Shown here piece after piece: positions 61,973-64,000 of a stretch of 64,000 nucleotides of DNA (position 1 is the stretch's first letter; every line of letters starts with the position of its first letter). The position numbers were made by a program, and so were the translations under genes. The notes beneath the pieces are model-generated. The model did not search any database and had not been told where the DNA came from. It saw nothing but the letters and a program-made list of their open reading frames with translations. The stretch lies in contig JAJQFT010000108.1 in the NCBI GenBank assembly GCA_021200975.1, forward strand, positions 186 to 64,185, written 5' to 3'. Source of the stretch: Bacillota bacterium (lineage in GTDB: Bacteria > Bacillota > Clostridia > Oscillospirales > Oscillospiraceae).

Positions 61973-63265
61973 ATGAATTTTGAAACAGAAAGCATAGAGT
62001 TCAAATCTGGATTTACTGAGGAGATATATAAGGAAGTCATTGCATTTGCAAATACTGACGGCGGCGTTTTGTATATTGGCATTGACAATGAGGGAAACGC
62101 TGTCGGACTGAGCAATGTTGATGAGGAATATACCCGGATTACCAATGGAATTCGTGACGCAATTCTCCCCGATGTAACCATGTTTGTGAAATACACGATT
62201 CAGGAAAATAAGGTTGTTCGTATTACCGTAAACGAGGGAACAAACAAGCCTTATTATCTTCGTTCCAAAGGCATTAAGCCGAGCGGCGTATATGTAAGAC
62301 AGGGTACTTCAAGTGTACAGGCTTCTGGTGAGCAAATCCGTCAGATGATTAAGGATAACGATGGTGACGAATTTGAGGCAATGCGTTCCTTGGAACAGGA
62401 GTTGACCTTTGAGAGTGCTGGCGCCACATTTAAGCGATATGGTGTAGATTTTGACCCATCTAAGTATCTTGCGCTCGGTATGATTCATAAAGGCGATCAG
62501 CTTTATACGAACCTTGCGTGGCTGCTGTCTGACCAGTGTGAGCATACAACGAAGGTCGCTGTTTTTGGAGATTCCGCCAACACGACTTTCAAGGATCATA
62601 GGGAGTTTGGCGGCTCCATTTTCAAGCAGTTGGATGATGTATTCCAATATTTGATGCTGTGCAACCGAACCAGCGCCACCTTTAAGGGCCTAGAACGTGT
62701 TGAAAAGCCTGACTACCCGGAAGCCGCTCTGCGTGAAGCATTGCTGAACGCTTTGGTGCACCGGGACTATAGCTTCAGCGGGAGCATTATCATCAATGTT
62801 AACGATGATAAAATGGAGTTTATCTCGATTGGCGGGCTGCTTCCCGGGCTCTCTACGGCGGATATCCGTCTCGGCATTTCCCAGCCGAGAAACAAGAACC
62901 TTGCGGAAGTGTTCCATCGGCTGCGTCTGATTGAAAGCTACGGTACGGGTATTCGCCGTATCTATAAACTGTATGAGAATTGTGCGGCGCAGCCTGTCAT
63001 AGAGGCAACGCCCAACGCTTTTAAAATCGTCTTGCCGAATATGAACACCAGCACACCTTTGCAAAATGAAACGCAGCTGACCCCGCAAAAGGAACAAATC
63101 CTTGATTTTATTTCTCGCAACGGGCAAATCACAGAGGCCGAAATTATGGATTTGCTTGGTGTAAAAAGAACAAGGGCATACACACTTGCAAAGCAAATGT
63201 GTGACGAGAATTTGATTGTTTCGGTTGGCAGGGGCGTCAACAAAAAATATCTTCCGCAGCTGTGA
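61973..63265 (+). CDS. AlbA_2 (Schlafen-like divergent AAA) plus HATPase_c_4 plus C-terminal wHTH protein
   Basis: N-terminus ESIEFKSGFTEEIYKEVIAFANTDGGVLYIGIDNEGNAVGL is typical of the AlbA_2/'divergent AAA' domain. Mid-region ALLNALVHRDYS...ESYGTGIRRI is typical of the ATPase-like domain. C-terminal wHTH. Confidence 0.8.
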   Translation: MNFETESIEFKSGFTEEIYKEVIAFANTDGGVLYIGIDNEGNAVGLSNVDEEYTRITNGIRDAILPDVTMFVKYTIQENKVVRITVNEGTNKPYYLRSKGIKPSGVYVRQGTSSVQASGEQIRQMIKDNDGDEFEAMRSLEQELTFESAGATFKRYGVDFDPSKYLALGMIHKGDQLYTNLAWLLSDQCEHTTKVAVFGDSANTTFKDHREFGGSIFKQLDDVFQYLMLCNRTSATFKGLERVEKPDYPEAALREALLNALVHRDYSFSGSIIINVNDDKMEFISIGGLLPGLSTADIRLGISQPRNKNLAEVFHRLRLIESYGTGIRRIYKLYENCAAQPVIEATPNAFKIVLPNMNTSTPLQNETQLTPQKEQILDFISRNGQITEAEIMDLLGVKRTRAYTLAKQMCDENLIVSVGRGVNKKYLPQL

Positions 63266-63349
63266 TAGAACAGAAACAGCGTCACGGCAGCAAGCTGCTG
63301 CGTGTCCTGGTCACAAAAATAAGATTTTGTGAATTCTGCGTCTTTTGAG

Positions 63350-63378
63350 TTGATTTTGCATTGCAAACGATGTATAAT
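63350..63378 (+). promoter_or_regulatory. Promoter/operator of the toxin-antitoxin operon
   Basis: TTGATT (63350-55), 17 nt containing the palindrome TTGCATTGCAA, then TATAAT (63373-78). Confidence 0.55.
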
Positions 63379-63413
63379 ACAGGTGCAATGAAATGCGAAA
63401 GGAGCTGATTTTT

Positions 63414-63689
63414 ATGGCTAATTCGACAAACTTCAGCGTCCGCATGGACAGTGACATCAAGAAGCAGTGTGAAGCCCTGTATGGGGAGTTGGGCATGAAC
63501 CTGACTACTGTAATCAATGTTTTTCTACGCCAGTCCCTCCGTGTCGGTGGGTTCCCGTTCGATGTGCGGCTCGATCAGCCCAACAAGGAGACGATTGCCG
63601 CCATGCTGGAAGCGGAGCGGATTGCACAGGACCCCTCTGTAAAGGGATATACCGACCCGGATGAGATGTTTGCGGAGCTGAAAAAATGA
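63414..63689 (+). CDS. dinJ: RelB/DinJ-family antitoxin
   Basis: NFSVRMDSDIKKQCEALYGELGMNLTTVINVFLRQSL is a DinJ-type RHH N-terminus. ATGA overlap with the toxin gene. Confidence 0.85.
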   Translation: MANSTNFSVRMDSDIKKQCEALYGELGMNLTTVINVFLRQSLRVGGFPFDVRLDQPNKETIAAMLEAERIAQDPSVKGYTDPDEMFAELKK

Positions 63690-63976
63690 GGAAAACCAAA
63701 TATGCCGTCAAGGTTACTACTCAGTTCAAAAAAGACTATAAGCGTGCCATCAAGCGGGGACTGAAAATTGAGCTGTTGGAGGATGTTGTGGCCTGCCTTG
63801 CTCTGGGCGAAACGCTTCCAGAGAAGAATAAAGACCACGAGCTGACCGGCGACTGGGTGGGTCACCGGGAATGCCACATCCTGCCGGACTGGCTGCTTAT
63901 CTATCGCTTTGATGGTGATGTGCTGGTGCTGACGCTGACCCGTACCGGGTCACACAGCGACCTGTTCGGTAAATGA
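63686..63976 (+). CDS. yafQ: YafQ-family type II toxin (RelE/ParE superfamily mRNA interferase)
   Basis: FKKDYKRAIKRG...KDHELTGDWVGHRECHILPDWLLIYRFDGDVLVLTLTRTGSHSDLF is the YafQ signature. Confidence 0.88.
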   Translation: MRKTKYAVKVTTQFKKDYKRAIKRGLKIELLEDVVACLALGETLPEKNKDHELTGDWVGHRECHILPDWLLIYRFDGDVLVLTLTRTGSHSDLFGK

Positions 63977-64000
63977 CATCAGGCCAACTGCCGCAGGTCT

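Overview
This is a 64-kb chromosomal segment from a high-G+C, spore-forming Firmicute. It looks like Clostridia or Oscillospiraceae, but that is inferred only from gene content (sigG, spoVA, ylmC, LplABC-type sugar transporters). All calls come from reading the ORF track and sequence by eye, with no searches. Start codons were chosen by RBS and signal-peptide logic, and many ORF-track N-termini were trimmed.

The left ~52 kb holds three carbohydrate-utilisation loci:
- 0.9-9.7 kb: an ArsR-like regulator, an ABC importer, GH2, a GH43 lipoprotein and a LamG protein.
- 14.2-37.1 kb: a pectin/galacturonate locus. It has an esterase, AraC, KduI, a CE8 pectinesterase, an LplB/C/A-type importer, two MalK-type ATPases interleaved with four unknown membrane proteins, GH28, GH105, an SDR, UxaB, UxaA, MATE and an SGNH esterase.
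- 37.2-51.6 kb: a fructan locus. It has GH32, an ABC importer, LacI, fructokinase, a triple-repeat lipoprotein and LamG-GH32, with a shared operator motif.

The right ~12 kb holds hisJ-like, tRNA-Met and tRNA-Glu, ylmC, sigG, a stand-alone cas3 with a small HTH partner, tRNA-Pro, a Q/N-rich microprotein, spoVAE, and a 5'-truncated spoVAD. The truncated spoVAD abuts an AT-richer accessory island containing a radical SAM gene, a nitroreductase, an AlbA_2-type ATPase and DinJ-YafQ.

Features the genes do not explain:
- a dispersed palindromic intergenic repeat family;
- a low-GC cassette bracketed by a duplicated terminator hairpin;
- a head-to-tail triple DnaA-box array;
- two diverged copies of a ~96-bp element, each abutting a truncated ORF.

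No CRISPR array, rRNA gene or intact transposase gene was seen.
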